NCBI RefSeq assembly: GCF_009914755.1
Contig: NC_060926.1
Direction: 5' to 3' (one strand)
Source: the human T2T-CHM13v2.0 reference genome, Homo sapiens
DNA length: 64,000 bases
The notes under the pieces are model-generated. The model had not been told where the DNA came from. It made no database searches and was given only the letters and a program-made list of their open reading frames with translations. Both the position numbers and the translations under genes were made by a program. Shown here piece after piece: positions 41,264 to 59,200 of this stretch (its first letter is position 1; each line of letters opens with the position of its first letter).

Positions 41264-41403
41264 CCGAGCCCAGGAATCTTAATGAGCATGTTAAGCGACT
41301 ATTGAGGAAGGTCACAAAGGGAGTCGCAGATAATGGAGACTCAGTCTTGGGGTTTTTTCTGGCTCTGGGGGTTCCTGCACACAGGACGGCTTAGTTAATC
41401 CTA

Positions 41404-41733
<330 letters not shown>

Positions 41734-41889
41734 TCAGACTGTAGTCTCTGAGGGCCAGGCCCCATCCACAAATGGTTCAGTAAGGGAGTCCACCTGTGGC
41801 CCCACACCGGCCCATAGCCCTGTACAGGGGACTTTTCCTCACCAGCTTCACTACGGATTTCAAATCTGAAAATAACAAAGGCTCCCAGA

Positions 41890-42320
41890 AATGGGCGTTG
41901 TGTGATGTGCGTCTGCGAGTCTACAGCTGACCCTGGGGAGGGCGGGGGTGGGCCTGGAGTCACTGCCCGCAGGGCCGGCAGTTGGAAAATGTCCTATCAA
42001 AGGCCAGAGCAGGGGCTGCCCCTGCCGTGCCCACCTCCCCGCCCACTCTGGCGACACGATTGGAGAGGGTCACCGTGCTCAGGAGGGCGCTGCCTTGTCA
42101 CCAATGCCGCGGTGACCAGAAACAGGCAGGGCGGCGGGGCCTCTGAGCAGGACGGGCCGCTACAAGGAACGCGGCTGTTGGGGGAGCGGTGCGGACTGAT
42201 TGAAGGGGGATGAAAGGCCCGGCCCCGCTCTGTGAGAGGTGCCCCTCGCGCTCCTCCACGTCCCTGTCTGTCCGTCTGGGCCACTGGCTCCCGCACATCA
42301 CAGGCATCTGCTGAGGGCCA
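41890..42320. promoter_or_regulatory. CpG-enriched GC-rich island with GC boxes; candidate intragenic enhancer or promoter
   Basis: Visibly high CpG density versus flanks; gggcgg boxes at about 41940 and 42129; reverse CAAT-like gattg at about 42198. Function is inferred. Confidence 0.4.
42123..42175 (-). repeat. Right arm of the 53-bp dispersed inverted repeat
   Basis: See 39731-39783. Confidence 0.95.
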
Positions 42321-43532
42321 GGCCTGCCCTGCACCTTTCAGCAGAATGAAAGGGAAACTGATATCAGAGGGGAGCTGAAGCGCAGGAAAGGGCTCTTTCT
42401 TTTCAAAGACTTTCGTTTGTGATGGGCTTTTTTTTTTTTCTAGGTGATCTTATTTCAAAGCCCCTTTGAAAATTTTGTGGGTTTTGTAATGGATGAAAAG
42501 TTACTTGGAAATGGGACTAAGAAGTTTTCGGTTGAAAGTTGTTAGAGGAAAGTTGAAAGCTTTGAGTTGTAAGGTTCTGCCAGATTTATCATTTCCTTTG
42601 TCCACAAGGCCCATCCACTGGGAGGGGGGCTTGGAGGAAGGGGCTGGGGGCCCGGACAGGGCACATTCCAGAGCACGGTGCAAAAACCAGCCCCATCTGT
42701 GGTTGCTTTATGTGTGCAAGGGAGGCCATCTGTGCTGCACTTTCAGCAAAAGTGTCTCCAAGGTATAGACTTTGATGTTGGAAAAGGGAAAAGCAAACAT
42801 ACTTCCAGGATACTATAGAAAGCTGGGTTCTATCAAAGGCATGGGCTACCACACAGGTGTTTCACATCAGAAAAATCATTAAGAAAGAAGACAGGGCCCC
42901 AACAATCCTGAGAGAGGGAGAGAGAGGCCTGGCACGAGCCTGGAGCACTTCCATGCTTGAGATCCGAGGAGAGGAGACACCAGCGAACAGCACCGGGAGG
43001 AGGCGCTGGGAAGAGGTTTAGGTCAAGAACCAGGAGAAGCATTGTTACCGAAACGGAGGGGCAGGGAGTTTCCAGAAGGAAGAAGGAGGAAGCCATTGTT
43101 AGGGATCAGAGAAAGAGGACGTGAAATGCTCCCGTATTTGGCATTAGGAGGCGATTGTTCATTTAAAGGGGGTGGTTTCACTGAAGTGCTGAGGTGGGCA
43201 GCACCAGGAGTGGGAGCCAGGGAGATAACAGCTAGCCCCAGTGTGCTGGCAGGGTTGGAGCAGGAGGCCCTGTCGGGCTGGACACAGTATGAGAAGGAGA
43301 GGCCGTGGCCGGTGTGCTTGCAGGCACCTAGGGAGGGCTTTAGTATTATCCTGATAGGATGGCATGAGCGCAGCCTTGATATGGCTGAGTCCATTTATGG
43401 GTCTACTGGCCACAGCCGGGGAGGCTGGGGAGAGGTAGCCTGGGAACATTCCTGCCATCCCAGAGCACATCTGAAGGTCTTGTGATAAAATAGTAGACCC
43501 GGGTTAGAGTCCCAGGCTTGCCATGCCCTGAG

Positions 43533-43842
43533 TTTTTTTTGTTTTGTTCTGTTTTTGAAATGGAGTCTAGCTTTGTCACCCAGGCTGGAGGGCAGTGGTG
43601 CTATCTTGGCTCAATGCAACCTCCACCTCCCAGATTCAAGTGATTCTCCTGCCTCAGTCTCCCCAAGTAGCTAGGACTACAGGCGCACACCACCACACCC
43701 AGCTGATTTTTTTTGTATTTTTAGTAAAGATGGGGTTTCACCATGTTGGCCAGGCTGGTCTTGAACTCCCAACCTCCAGTGATCCACCTGCCTCAGCCTC
43801 CCAAAGTACTGAGATTTCAGGCATGAGCCACCATGCCTGGCT
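43533..43842 (-). mobile_element. AluS element inserted in a MIR (about 43500-43960, +)
   Basis: Two arms; TSD gccctgagt on both sides; MIR core ttctcatctgtgaaatgaagg resumes downstream. Confidence 0.93.
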
Positions 43843-45029
43843 GCCCTGAGTACTTTTGAACTTCTCTGGCCCTTATTATTCTCATCTGTGAAATGAAGGT
43901 AAGAACACAGAATTCCTCATGAAAGGAAATCAGCGCATGCCGGCACCTGGAGTGGAGGAGGCTGTTAGGACAGTGGCTGGCCAGGGAGGACCAGTTCATC
44001 TGTGCCTGGCATCTGTTTATGGCTTGCGTCCTCACAGTGATCCAGTGAGAAAGGGCACAGGAAGTGATTGGTGGTTTCCACTTAAAGTATTTACAGATGA
44101 CCCTTGGGGCTGGCCACCAAGCCGAGGATCACAGGGCAAGGACAGGGCCAGGCCTGGGGCCCAGACGGGTTCTGCAGTTGTAGCTCCCAGCCCAGCACAT
44201 GGCTGCCCTCACCAAGCCTGTCCTCTGTCTCTCGCTCGCTATTCAGCCCCTCCTACCACCTGCCCCATCACGTCCTCTGCCCCCACCCAGGCTCTCAGCA
44301 GGCTCGTTTACCCTCCAAAGACATCATCATATTCTGTAATATGATTGGAATCTGAATATATATTTTAAAGGACAAGATTGAAATTAAAATTTAAATAAAG
44401 AATTACTTTTCTGTAAGTTGCCCCGAAAGCAGTAATTTAGCAGCAAATTGATAGAGAAAGGTAAGCACTGGTCCTTTAAACCATCATGCAGTTTCCGGCA
44501 TGCGAGCCAGAAGTGTCTCAATTTAACACATCATTGGTTAGTATTATTAGAAATTTCATCAGGCACCGGAGCGCATTATGGCAGGGCTCTGAAGGGGAGG
44601 CTGAGGGTGCAGGCCTGGGGCCAGGGGGCCAGAGAGGGCAGCCTCGTTAATGAGGGCAGGTGGGGCTTGGGAGACCCTCCCCTGGCCCCGCGTAGGGATT
44701 TAACTGCGATTATCTTCTCATTTGTAGTTCAGTAGCAATCAGGAAATGAGAACTGAGAGACCCTTGAATGTCATTTGCGCTTCCCGGAGGCCACAGATTT
44801 CCAGCTTTGGTGGCTCTCAATGTGTCCTTCTGACCCCCTGAAACCTAGGCTCAGAACAGAAGTCCTCAGAAGTGGCCTCGTCAAGGAGCTGGTTTCCATG
44901 AGCCACATAAGCAAGACCCAAAACTCTCCCAATCAGGTCCTGATGAGCAGCATCAACCCCTCAGTCCCCACGCACAGGCCCAAGAATTTGAACGCAAAGA
45001 CTTTCATTGATCCCCAGAGTGAGGTCCAT

Positions 45030-45195
45030 GGAGTACCTGCCGAGCATCCCCTGTAGGTTTATTAAAGGGGCACATTTTTGGGTCCCTCGCCCAACACCAA
45101 CTGAAGCAGAACCTCCAGGGTGGGGTCCAGAAACTTCCATTCCTCTAACAAGTCTTCCAGATGCTGCTTTTGTGCACTCCCATTGGAGATCCCCG
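45030..45195. mobile_element. MER5-like DNA transposon fragment
   Basis: actgaagcagaacctccagggtggggtccagaaac...taacaagtcttccagatgctgct. Confidence 0.55.
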
Positions 45196-46559
45196 TGGTG
45201 GTGGTCAGAAGCCCTCCCTGTGTGATCTTGGAATCTGCTCTCAGTGATAACCTGCCAACACTAGAAAGCCTAACAGCCTAGCTATAAACCTATGAGCTGT
45301 CATCTAAAAGATCCCAGACACCAAAATATCTCCTTCCCAAGCCTGAGTTTCTACCATTAGAAAGTAATTCCTTTCAAGTAAGAACTGCCTTCCTGGGGCT
45401 TCACCTTTGCAGTGCAAGAGCCCCTGAGGGGCCCACATGCTCAGTCCCCAACACCCTGGTCTGAATATGTTTGCCAAAAGCTGGATGCCATCATTCCCCA
45501 CAGGTGGACCTGGCACCGTGAAGACCTCAAGTGCCCTGCAAAGGGAGGGAAGCTGAAAGGAAGTGAAATATCCACTCTTTGCAGGCAATGGCCTGCCCAG
45601 TGATGCCCCCCTCCTGGAGCTCGTAGCTGGTGTGATATGATTCCCCCCAGGGCAAGCCAGGGCCCGGTGGTCAGAGGTGCCCACAACAAATGCACTTCTG
45701 CTAGGAGCACTGTGCGAATTTGCTCTTGCTGTTCTCAGAAGAGCCCTAGGAATAACCCTGCAGAGTGAGAAGAAAAAGGAAATGACAGCATTCACCACCA
45801 GTGCTGGGCTGAGGACACCAGAGCCTCCCTGTCCCACGTGCTCCCAAATCCCCATTCCTCTGCCACCAGCCTCTGCAGCGCATGGACTCGGAGCAGTGCT
45901 GGCCTCCTCACATCACCCAGCTTTCCAGACTGCAGTCTCACCTAAGTGGGTTTGAGCCACAGGTCACATGCCATGCCCTAGCTGCAGGGGAAGCTGGTAG
46001 AGAAAGTTTTCTGATGTAGGGAGTTCCAAAAGTGTGGGCCAATCAGAACCATGCCAGAGTTGTAGGGAGGGCCAGCGCCCGTGAGCATCCCTTGCCAGAA
46101 GGAGCCATCAGAACCCAGGGCCAGGCAGGTGGGATGGGCACACCAAAGCTTGTCTTCCCCAAATGGGCTGGGTGTTGTGGGGAGCCCAGAGATGGAAACA
46201 AGGCTTCAGATGAAGGTCCGGGTACAGGGAGCTTTGTCTGGCGTTGTCCCTGGCATTGTCTTCCCTGGGGCTCCTCAAGTTTTCATCCAAGGCCACTTCA
46301 CACCCACCACCCAGCTGGGCTGTGTTAGGGAACTGCTGCACTGACTTTAGTTCTGGCATTTATGTAATTAGAATCCCACTATATTTATGCTGCCCCTAAT
46401 CCTCTACAGAACACAAAGAGATGCATGTAACACTGTACATTTATATGTCAAGAGTAAGGCACAAATGACTTTGCCCTTTACTATTTTGCAATATATACAA
46501 AATGGTAAGATACACAGTAGTCTGTGTATCCCTTTTTTTTTTACTTTTTTCTTTTTTAG

Positions 46560-46804
46560 TGGCTGTTAAATGACACATTTTATAATATCTCCCAAATTTG
46601 TGCACAGGAATTCTGAGAGAGCTTGGCTAGACAGTTCTGCTGATCCCATGGTATTGACTAGTAACCCTTGGTGATGTTCAGCTGATTTGCTGATGGTCTG
46701 GAGGGTCTAAGATACCAAGGCAGAAGCCTCAAGGCCTCTTAAAAAGATAGGCCCAGGACTGGCATAGTGTCGCATCTGACATCTCTGTCAAAAGAGTCAC
46801 AGCA

Positions 46805-46805
<1 letters not shown>
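46560..46805 (-). mobile_element. Old MLT1 (H/I-like) LTR fragment
   Basis: caggaattctgagagagcttggctag...ggtctggagggtctaagat...caaggcctcttaa...ggactggcatagtgtc. Confidence 0.5.

Positions 46806-46808
<3 letters not shown>

Positions 46809-46842
<34 letters not shown>
46809..46842. repeat. (TG)17 microsatellite
   Basis: Read directly. Confidence 0.97.
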
Positions 46843-46845
<3 letters not shown>

Positions 46846-47904
46846 AATTTGACTAAGTGGAAGCTCCGTGCTATGCTGAAGGCTCAACTGTGGCAGTTCC
46901 AGGAGCCCCGTGGCCTGCATGTCCTCAGCGTTCATTTCTCTCCCCGTGTTCCCTGGTCTGGTCTCCCCTTTGCATTTCCTCATGATTTTACCCCACCTTT
47001 TCTTAATGGTGGCACCAGTCTCTCTATTAACAGGGATGGGAGCGAGACAACATCATGGGTCTGTTCCTTGGGTCTCTCTCCAAGCCTGTGTGACCCCCAC
47101 GGCTCCCTGGTGTAGGTGTCCCATTCTGCTGGTTGTAAGTTCCTCCAGGGCAGGACCTTGCCCAGCACAGATGCCTGGTACACGGTGGTGCCCCTGACCC
47201 AGAGTGCGTGCTCAGTGATGCTTGGCAGAAGGCAGCCCCGCCAGCCCTGTCTGCACCACATGGTACAGAGCATCGTGGCCTGCAGGTTCCCATCTGGGAG
47301 ACAGTTTCCTTGGCAGGAGAGGGCTGTGGGTGCTGGCATCATCGTCCCTCCAGGAAAGGCCCATGTGCACCCCGGAAGTGGACTCTGAAGCCTGTCTCTG
47401 TCAGATGTATCTAGGCTGAAAATGCACTGGTTGCTGTGGGGTCCTTTGGCAGTGACTTGGGCCCCCATCCATCTGCCAGATCGAATCCTGCCTAGCTTTT
47501 GTGGCCCAGGCCCAGCCCATCTCTTCTGGAAGCTTCTTCTCGAGGCTTCATTGATTCACCCTCTTCTGACATCCTTGGGCAAACAGTGGAGGGTGCTGTG
47601 TTCTAGTTTCTCCAGGAGACTCCCCCAGGTTCCCCCAGCTCCACAGAGGCAGTAGTCACTCCTCAGTGTCCATGCCTTCATCACACCCAAGCATCCGGAG
47701 GGGCTAATGAGTTCTGCTGGTCAGTGGATTGGGCCATCCAGGGCTCCAGGCAGCCTCCAGCAGCATCCAGGGCAACAGTGTTAAGGGTCCCAGCACACCC
47801 GGCCCCCATGACGTGGAAACCTCAGCACCCCCAATGAGGGAACCGTGCTGTTTCACTGCTCTGCTCTGTGACTCGTGTCATTCACTCTCCCTGGAATCCA
47901 CCCT

Positions 47905-48100
47905 GTGCATTCATTCATTCATTCATTCATCGAGCCAGCAGTGATATATGCTTCTTCCACTGGCCAACACTTTAGCTCAGAGACCCTGCCCTCATGGAGT
48001 CATGGAGCTTTGCAAAGACAGGGCAGAAACAAGGCCCTGGGGGCAGTGCATTAAGTACTGTGATCATTGGGTACACAGAGAGTAGAGGTGAGAACAAGCA
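47905..48100 (-). mobile_element. L2 3' fragment
   Basis: cattcattcattcattcattca...ccctgccctcatggag. Confidence 0.55.
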
Positions 48101-51100
48101 AGGCCTGGGAGGACCCCAGGGGAGTCCCTGCCATCTCTCAAACCTCCCTGGCCACACAGGACGCTGCTAGTCTATATGGCACCTTTGTGCAAAGTAGAAA
48201 AAGGGGTTTCCTCTGGGTGGACAAATTAGCAAAAGCCTCTCGGGGCTGTGTGTCGCAGACTCGTGGGTACACAGCCTGGTGAGCAAAGGGTACTCCATGG
48301 GCATCCACTGCTCCTGCCTCCCCAGGTGAGTGTCAGCCCCTTGCCCTCTGCCAGGAATCTTTCATTGCATACCACCTGCGGCCCTACACACCTTTCCCTA
48401 AATGAAGCTGGTCCCTCAGAGCAGCTGTGTGGGCCATGCACAGCTGGTTCCCCCCAAGCTGGTGGAGTGAACCCACGTGTCCTCTGAGACTGCTGCAGGG
48501 TGGAGGCCCCCAGCCCCCATGGCCAGCAGGTGCCTCCCCCTCTGCGCTGCCTCACGGAGAGCTTCAACCGTAGAGGCCCTCGGTCTTTAGTGTTCTTCAG
48601 TCGCTGAAAGAAGCAGGATGCTGTCAGCTGCCATAAAACTGTGACCTTTGAAAATTTACAAGAGCTCAGGGTTTAAAAAGCTGCTGCGTTAATGATGCAT
48701 CCCATTAGCATCTCATTAAGGGAAAGCCAAGAGAAGCCTGCTCAGGCCTGATGATGGGCAGATAGGGCCACTCCGTGGGGCCAGGCACAGAGAGGCTCTC
48801 CTGGTCTGCCTCTCTCTGCCAAGTGCCATCATGTCACTGGAGCAGAAAACATGGCCAGGAACACTGGGGAACGGCCAAAGGTCTGGGTGGCTTCACTGGT
48901 GTCCCAGATGATGGCAGTGGGAGGGCACGAGGGGAAGCTTGCTCAATTCTGCCTTCTTCCCTGCTGCCCGGGCTAAGTTCTTCTGGTTGGTTTTCGTGGC
49001 ATTCTTGTGTTGGCAGCCCTCCCGACCAGGAGGCATGGAAATCAGGGTGGCCTGGGCTTGCAGACATTCTGAACCATGGGAGGAAAGAGTTAGCAGGAGC
49101 TGGGCTCAGAGCTGGACCCACGGCCCTGAACATGGTCCCCTAGAAGCTTCCAGAACCCGGGGACCACATGGGTTTACTGAGGGCCTGGAACTCGTCGTAG
49201 GAGGGGCCTCTAGTCAGGCCGCGCTGACGCACATCACCAGTGGCTCTGCACGTCACCCACCCGGGGGCCCAGCCTCCTCGGCAAAGGGCACACCCCGTGT
49301 CCAGGTTTTTTCTGGAGGAAGTGGAGGAAGGAATGTCATTGCATTATTTTAATAAAATACATAAAATTCCTGAACTACAGGTTGCTTGTAGCTTCAGATG
49401 TTGTGAGTGCTCAGTAGAAAATGGGTAGCCTTATGTATCTACCCTAAAGGAAAAAAAAAAAAAAAGACTTGATTCTCACCACAGAGCTGCTTTCTTATAC
49501 ATAAGAAATTGCTTGTAGTATTCATGAACGACACAGCCAAACAGCAGGCCGGTTGTAGCCCACTTCGCCTGCTCACAGCCCATCTGGGCCCGCCTCTGCA
49601 CACCCGGGATACCCCAGCTTCTTTCCCTCGAGCTGTTCATATATTGAGTCCTCCCACTGTCCCACAGCAGCCACTTGAGGGCAGGGCTGAGTCTTGGTCA
49701 CCCGTGTCCCTAGTGCCTCGAGCAGTGCCCGACACAGACATACAGCAGAAGAAACAAACTAAATGAGTGAGCGGTAGGAGTGCTTTGAAGCCAAGGGGCT
49801 GAGCAATCTGTGTTGGAAAAGTGTGAGATTTTTCAAGTTCAGAAACTCCACCAATTTTAGGGTGACCGTTGGAACTCCTGAAGTTTTAGCGCTCAGAACA
49901 TGGGGACCCAAACTCGAGGAGACCCCAACCTCCTCTCCTGGAGGCAGGGGCTGCTCCAGGGCAAGTTTCCAGAAGCTTCCCTACCCTGTCGAGTTGCCAG
50001 GCCGGAGTGTGATTCAGGAGGGGAGAAGCAGTGGCTGTCGGAAGAGGCTGAAAACCTCTGCAGCCTCTTGCCTGGGACACCTCTAGGATCCCACACGGTG
50101 GAGAGGGGCTGCAACACCCCCTCCAGGCAGGAGGGGCTTCTGTACTGTCCAGGAAGGGAGTGCCGGTCAGGAGGCTGGGATCTTAGCATTCACACTTTGC
50201 TCCCAGGCCCAGTGTGGGACTTGGCACAGGCTCCTTCTCCCTCAGATGCCTCTGATTCCGAGGAAAGCAATTTCCTGCCTCTGAGCCTCCAGGACTGGAG
50301 AGCCTGGAAATACAGCGAAGGCTGTGGAGTGGATAGATCCTTCAGACAGGGCACTCGTTAAAAGCTGTCTATTTGGAGAATGCTGGAAAAACCATGCTAT
50401 TGTTCCCTAAGACTATTAGTGAGTGCGGCTAAGTCCCCAACCCCCTCTCCTCCCAGCCTCTGCCTGTCCCACAGATAGAAATGGGGCAGGCCCTCTGATA
50501 AGGAAGCTTGTCCCTTGAATTGTTCTTTTCTCAGGAGATTCACCCTTTTCCTTTGTTTCTTGCTCTGTTCACAAAAGCAAAGCATCTGAAATGCAGGCCA
50601 GAGATAAAGTGCAGCCTGATGCAATTAGCTGAGCGCAGCCCACAGGTCCTAATGGGATACGGCTCCCGTTCCTCCAGCAGGCCCTTACATAGGCGCTGTG
50701 TGTCGTCTGCACTATGCGTCGAAGCCCCAAGTGTTGCCCAGCCTCCGCATCCACACCCCCTTTCTGTCCCTGGCACAGAACCCAGGAGAGCCACTCTGGT
50801 CAGAGGGGCTCAGCAGCAGGCCCTGTCTCCCACCAGCTGGGTTCCTGGGTCAAGTTTCATCAGAAGTCACCGTGAGGACCATGGTCCTCACCTGAGAGGC
50901 CTGCAGATGCCCCGGAGGCTCCTGTGTGCTTCTGTGACTGTTCCTGGCAGGCATCCGTATCCACCCCTCATCCCACACCTGGTTGGGGTCTGGCTGTGCT
51001 CCTGGGAGCTGTGCTGACTCTTCCCGGGGCCACCTCTACTGACACCCACACCTGTGCATATCCCAGGTATCCTATCCCAACCTTGCCAGCATGTATCCAG

Positions 51101-51129
51101 GATTTTTTTTTTCCTATTACATATAATGG

Positions 51130-51405
51130 CCATAGTAAAAAAAAAAAAAAAAGACAAATACAGAAAAGTATAGACAATAAAATAAGTTACCCATAATCCT
51201 CTCACCCAAGAATAACATCCCTGTTAACATTTTGGTCATTTCCCTCCTACACATATTGTTTGACACAGGGATGTTTACATAGGGAGGCCATTTGTGTATC
51301 ATTCTGTGGCCTGTTTTTCTCATTAAACATTATGATGTAAGCATTTTGTCATCAAGAATTCTTAGTACACATGATTTTTGATAGCTATATAATATTCCAT
51401 TATAA
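51130..51405 (-). mobile_element. Old L1ME-like 3' fragment
   Basis: cccataatcctctcacccaagaataacatccctgttaacattttgg...ctatataatattccatt. Confidence 0.6.
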
Positions 51406-52045
51406 GGCTGTGGCTCAGGGAGACAAATACTGTCCTGGTGTTTTTTTTTTCACTCTGAGGTTTATTTTTTCCTTCATCTACAAATCTGAACTAGAGAGTG
51501 GGCTCATGGAGCAGAAAGCCTGTCTCCTTCCTGCACAGAGGAGCTGAGGGTCCCACCATCCACCTAGGAGCAGTATCTGAGCTATCCCCGCCATGGGCCT
51601 CAGCTCCCCACTTCCCCACACTTCCTCCATAGGACAATTGGGCCTCAGAGGCTGGTGTGGGGGCAGGATAGGAAATGTATAAAGTCCCTCACCTGCTGTC
51701 TGCTGGTGGCCCCTTGGAAAGCTGTCCTCTCCCATGTCCAAGAGCCAGCTAGTGGTGGCACAGAGGCTGGGCTGGGCACACAGTCAGTACTCAGCACATG
51801 CCCGATAAGTTGGTAGCATCTGTGTGGTTGTGGTTTGTGGATGGTCCGAGGGCCAGAGAACCCATCTCATATCTCAGAATGCTCTTCCCGTTGTGATAGG
51901 GCAGGTGGAGTGAGTGGCCACGGAGGGTGACAAGGGAGGCACTGGCTTGGATGTTCCTAGAGGCAGGAGCTTAGCAGAGGTCCCAGCTGCTACTACTATG
52001 GCAGAACCCCCTGCAATTCCCACCAAAGACTGGGTGGAGGGCTGA

Positions 52046-56242
<4,197 letters not shown>

Positions 56243-59200
56243 TGAGAGTCATCCACTCCTCTCAGGGCACCGCAGAACAGTCCCTTTGGGGGCCTTCTCC
56301 ACATTCCATCCATGAGGACATTCAGAGCATGTACTGTGTCCTTCCCAGGGAAGGCACTCTCTGTCGTGCCATCGGATGAGAGCACTGCCCAAGGCAATTT
56401 AGTTAGGCCCAAGAGACATTCCTAGACCATCTTGAGGCACTTGAATGTTTCATTTCAAGGATCCAGGGGTGGCTTTGTGAGACCTTGGGAAAGAGCACCT
56501 CCAGCCTCAGCCTTCAGTTAACCCTCTTCCCCCAGCCTCAGGGGAGTTTCATTCCAGGGAACTCGAAGGTAGATCCTTCAGAACAGAGCCTCGGGAAGGA
56601 TGCGTGCTAGACATGGTCCTAGTTGGAGCCCCCGGTCTTAGGGTTAGAGTTCTTGATGTCTGTCTGAGGGATCAGTCCAGACTGGAAGGCAGAAGGGGAC
56701 AGGAGGACCAGGGCACACATATGAGGCTTGCTGGATTCCTCTGCTATAGGTTTGCCTAGCCCTTAGTGCCCCAGACAAGCCAAGTCCCTGCTCCTGCTGG
56801 ATGCAGTGGGGAAGGCTGCTGGGCCACTGCCAGGTACAGGCAGTGGGGGCATAAGGGTCCATGGCAAACAGTCTGGCCCAACGGGGTGTCTACATCTCTT
56901 TTGAAAGAGGACACTAGACGGTCCCAGAAAGTATGCATCTCTGGGCACAACTTCCCAGCCTTCCCACATAAAACCCCTTGAGATGGCATTTCGGGGTGCT
57001 CTGCCTTTCGGCAGAGCAAGGAACCCCACTAGCCACTCTCCTGTCTTCTCTCCCAAGTCTCTTCCTTTGTCATTTCAAGCAATTTTCATGCCTTGTCAAG
57101 CATCCCAACAATAAAGCTCATGTCTGGATCTCTGTTGGGTTTAATTCCCAATCTGACTGAGCCCTAACTGCCTTTGTTTTGGAAATCAGCACTAGTTTTA
57201 AATGACAAAATTGTAGAAAATTACATCTAAATTCTGGTAAACTCTTGCTTTAAGATCTTTTTTAAAAAAATGACTAAATTGATTTTTTCTTTGCATTGTT
57301 TTGGTTAAGCTCTGTCTCCCTTTAAAAAAAAAAAAAGAAAGAAAGAAACTTACTCCCAGTTCAAGTTCATGAGTTACCAACTCTGACAACTGGGCAGCGG
57401 GCATCCTACTTCCAAGGCTATGCCAAAGCCCAAGGCACCGGGTGGCATATTCTGTCCCCACATAGCCCCTCTGGGCTAATGCAAGATCTTGCTGGCTTGC
57501 CACGTTCCAGGCACGCATCTAGGAAAAGGAGCTGTTTTGTGCAAAAAGGTAACTAGCTGAGAAAGGACTGGAGTCCCTAGTCTGGGGCTCAGCACCAAGC
57601 TGGGATCTGCCCCACCAAAGCTGCTGGGTGCAGGCAGCTAAACATTGTCAGCCCTGAGCCCATGAGATCAGAAAGACACAGGTGGCGGGGACAGGACCCT
57701 GCAGGACTTCTGTGCCCACTGGGTCAATGACCATTGCAGAGCTGTTCCTGTAACCTCTGTGCAAGGACCTGAGGGTGTGAACCATCCTCTGTGGTGGTCC
57801 TGAGCCAATGGAAGGGAGGGGACAAGAAATAGGGGCCCTGCTAAGATTCCCTCTACCAGGCCCCACTGGGCAGACCGAGGGCCAGGTGTGAGGGCCAGGG
57901 ATGGGGTGGGCCTAGAAAGTGTCCTCAGCCCTGCCTTCTGGTGAGCCAGCGGGACCCACCAGCTCTAGCCAGTGACAACAACTGACCGGTCCATCACCCT
58001 GATTTCCAGAGGTTGCCAGCACACTGGCTCTTTCCTCGAAATTCCATGTAACTCGCTTCTCTATTTACGGCCTCATCAGCTGATGGAGCCCCTTATATTT
58101 GCAGGGAAGAAAGAGTGACGCACGCGCCTACAAATGCCTCCAAACTCAAGCCTGGGTGGGTTTTTTCTTTTTTTAATATATAAGTAATTTCTCTTTTCAT
58201 TTCTAATCTTAAAAGCCTTTATTGCTGAAGCTATAATTTGTCTGTCAGATCTAATGTCAAACAACTGCATATTTTTTAAAATAAGAAACCCGAATTTTGA
58301 AACTAAATCTTTGAAACTTGCCATGTGAGAGTCGTGTTCCTGACAGGACCAGGTGGGCTTGGATCTGGGTCACTTTTAATTTTGCCCCTAGGGATTTTAC
58401 ATCTCTGAAGCCCAATTGATTTCACACTCCTAAATGACAGACAGCTGGCTCCAGGCAGGAACAGGAGGCTCTGCGTGATGGCGTCAACACAAGTCAGAAC
58501 TCCACTTTAGAAAAAAAAAAGAACTTTCCTTTTCTCCTGTTCTCTGTTTGAAACCTTGCCCAGCATTATAATAAGATCCACCATGCAATGCCTTGAGATC
58601 TAGCTCGTTAAAGTCCCCGATATTCCCTGCTATTGTTTGACGTGACAACCTGGCCTCTCCCGGGGTTGAGTAATTATGGGGAGATTCCCCTCCATGAAGA
58701 ACAGGTCTTGCCAGCCAGAGGGATGGGCCACTGGTATTTTTAGACTTCATTAGTGCCCAGATTTAAAATTTCACATTTTGTTTCTTGTAATTATCTTCTG
58801 ATCGACTGAGCTCAAATTTCAGTTGGGGCCCTATTAGTCTGCCTTTCCAAAAAGGGCGTTGGGACTTTAATTTAAAACTTAACCAGTTGAAAAATAAAGG
58901 TGGCGTGGAAATGCTTTTTGATTTGCAGTAGGTCAAGCGATTGTCTCTCATCTGTGACTAGAGAAGCCAGCTTGTGTGCCATTCACTTTAATGAGTGTTA
59001 TTTAAATGCATTGAGCACATATAGATTTTCTTAAGAAACTTACAAGACAAATCTTTCTTTCTCTAAGAACAATTTGGGGGTGGGAGCAAGCTGTAGGATT
59101 TTTTTTTAGATGATGTATTGAAAGCTAATTAAAAATAGATTTCATGTGTGCAAAGTGATAAGGGAGGAAAAAAGAATTCGTTCCATTTGAATCCTGTTAT

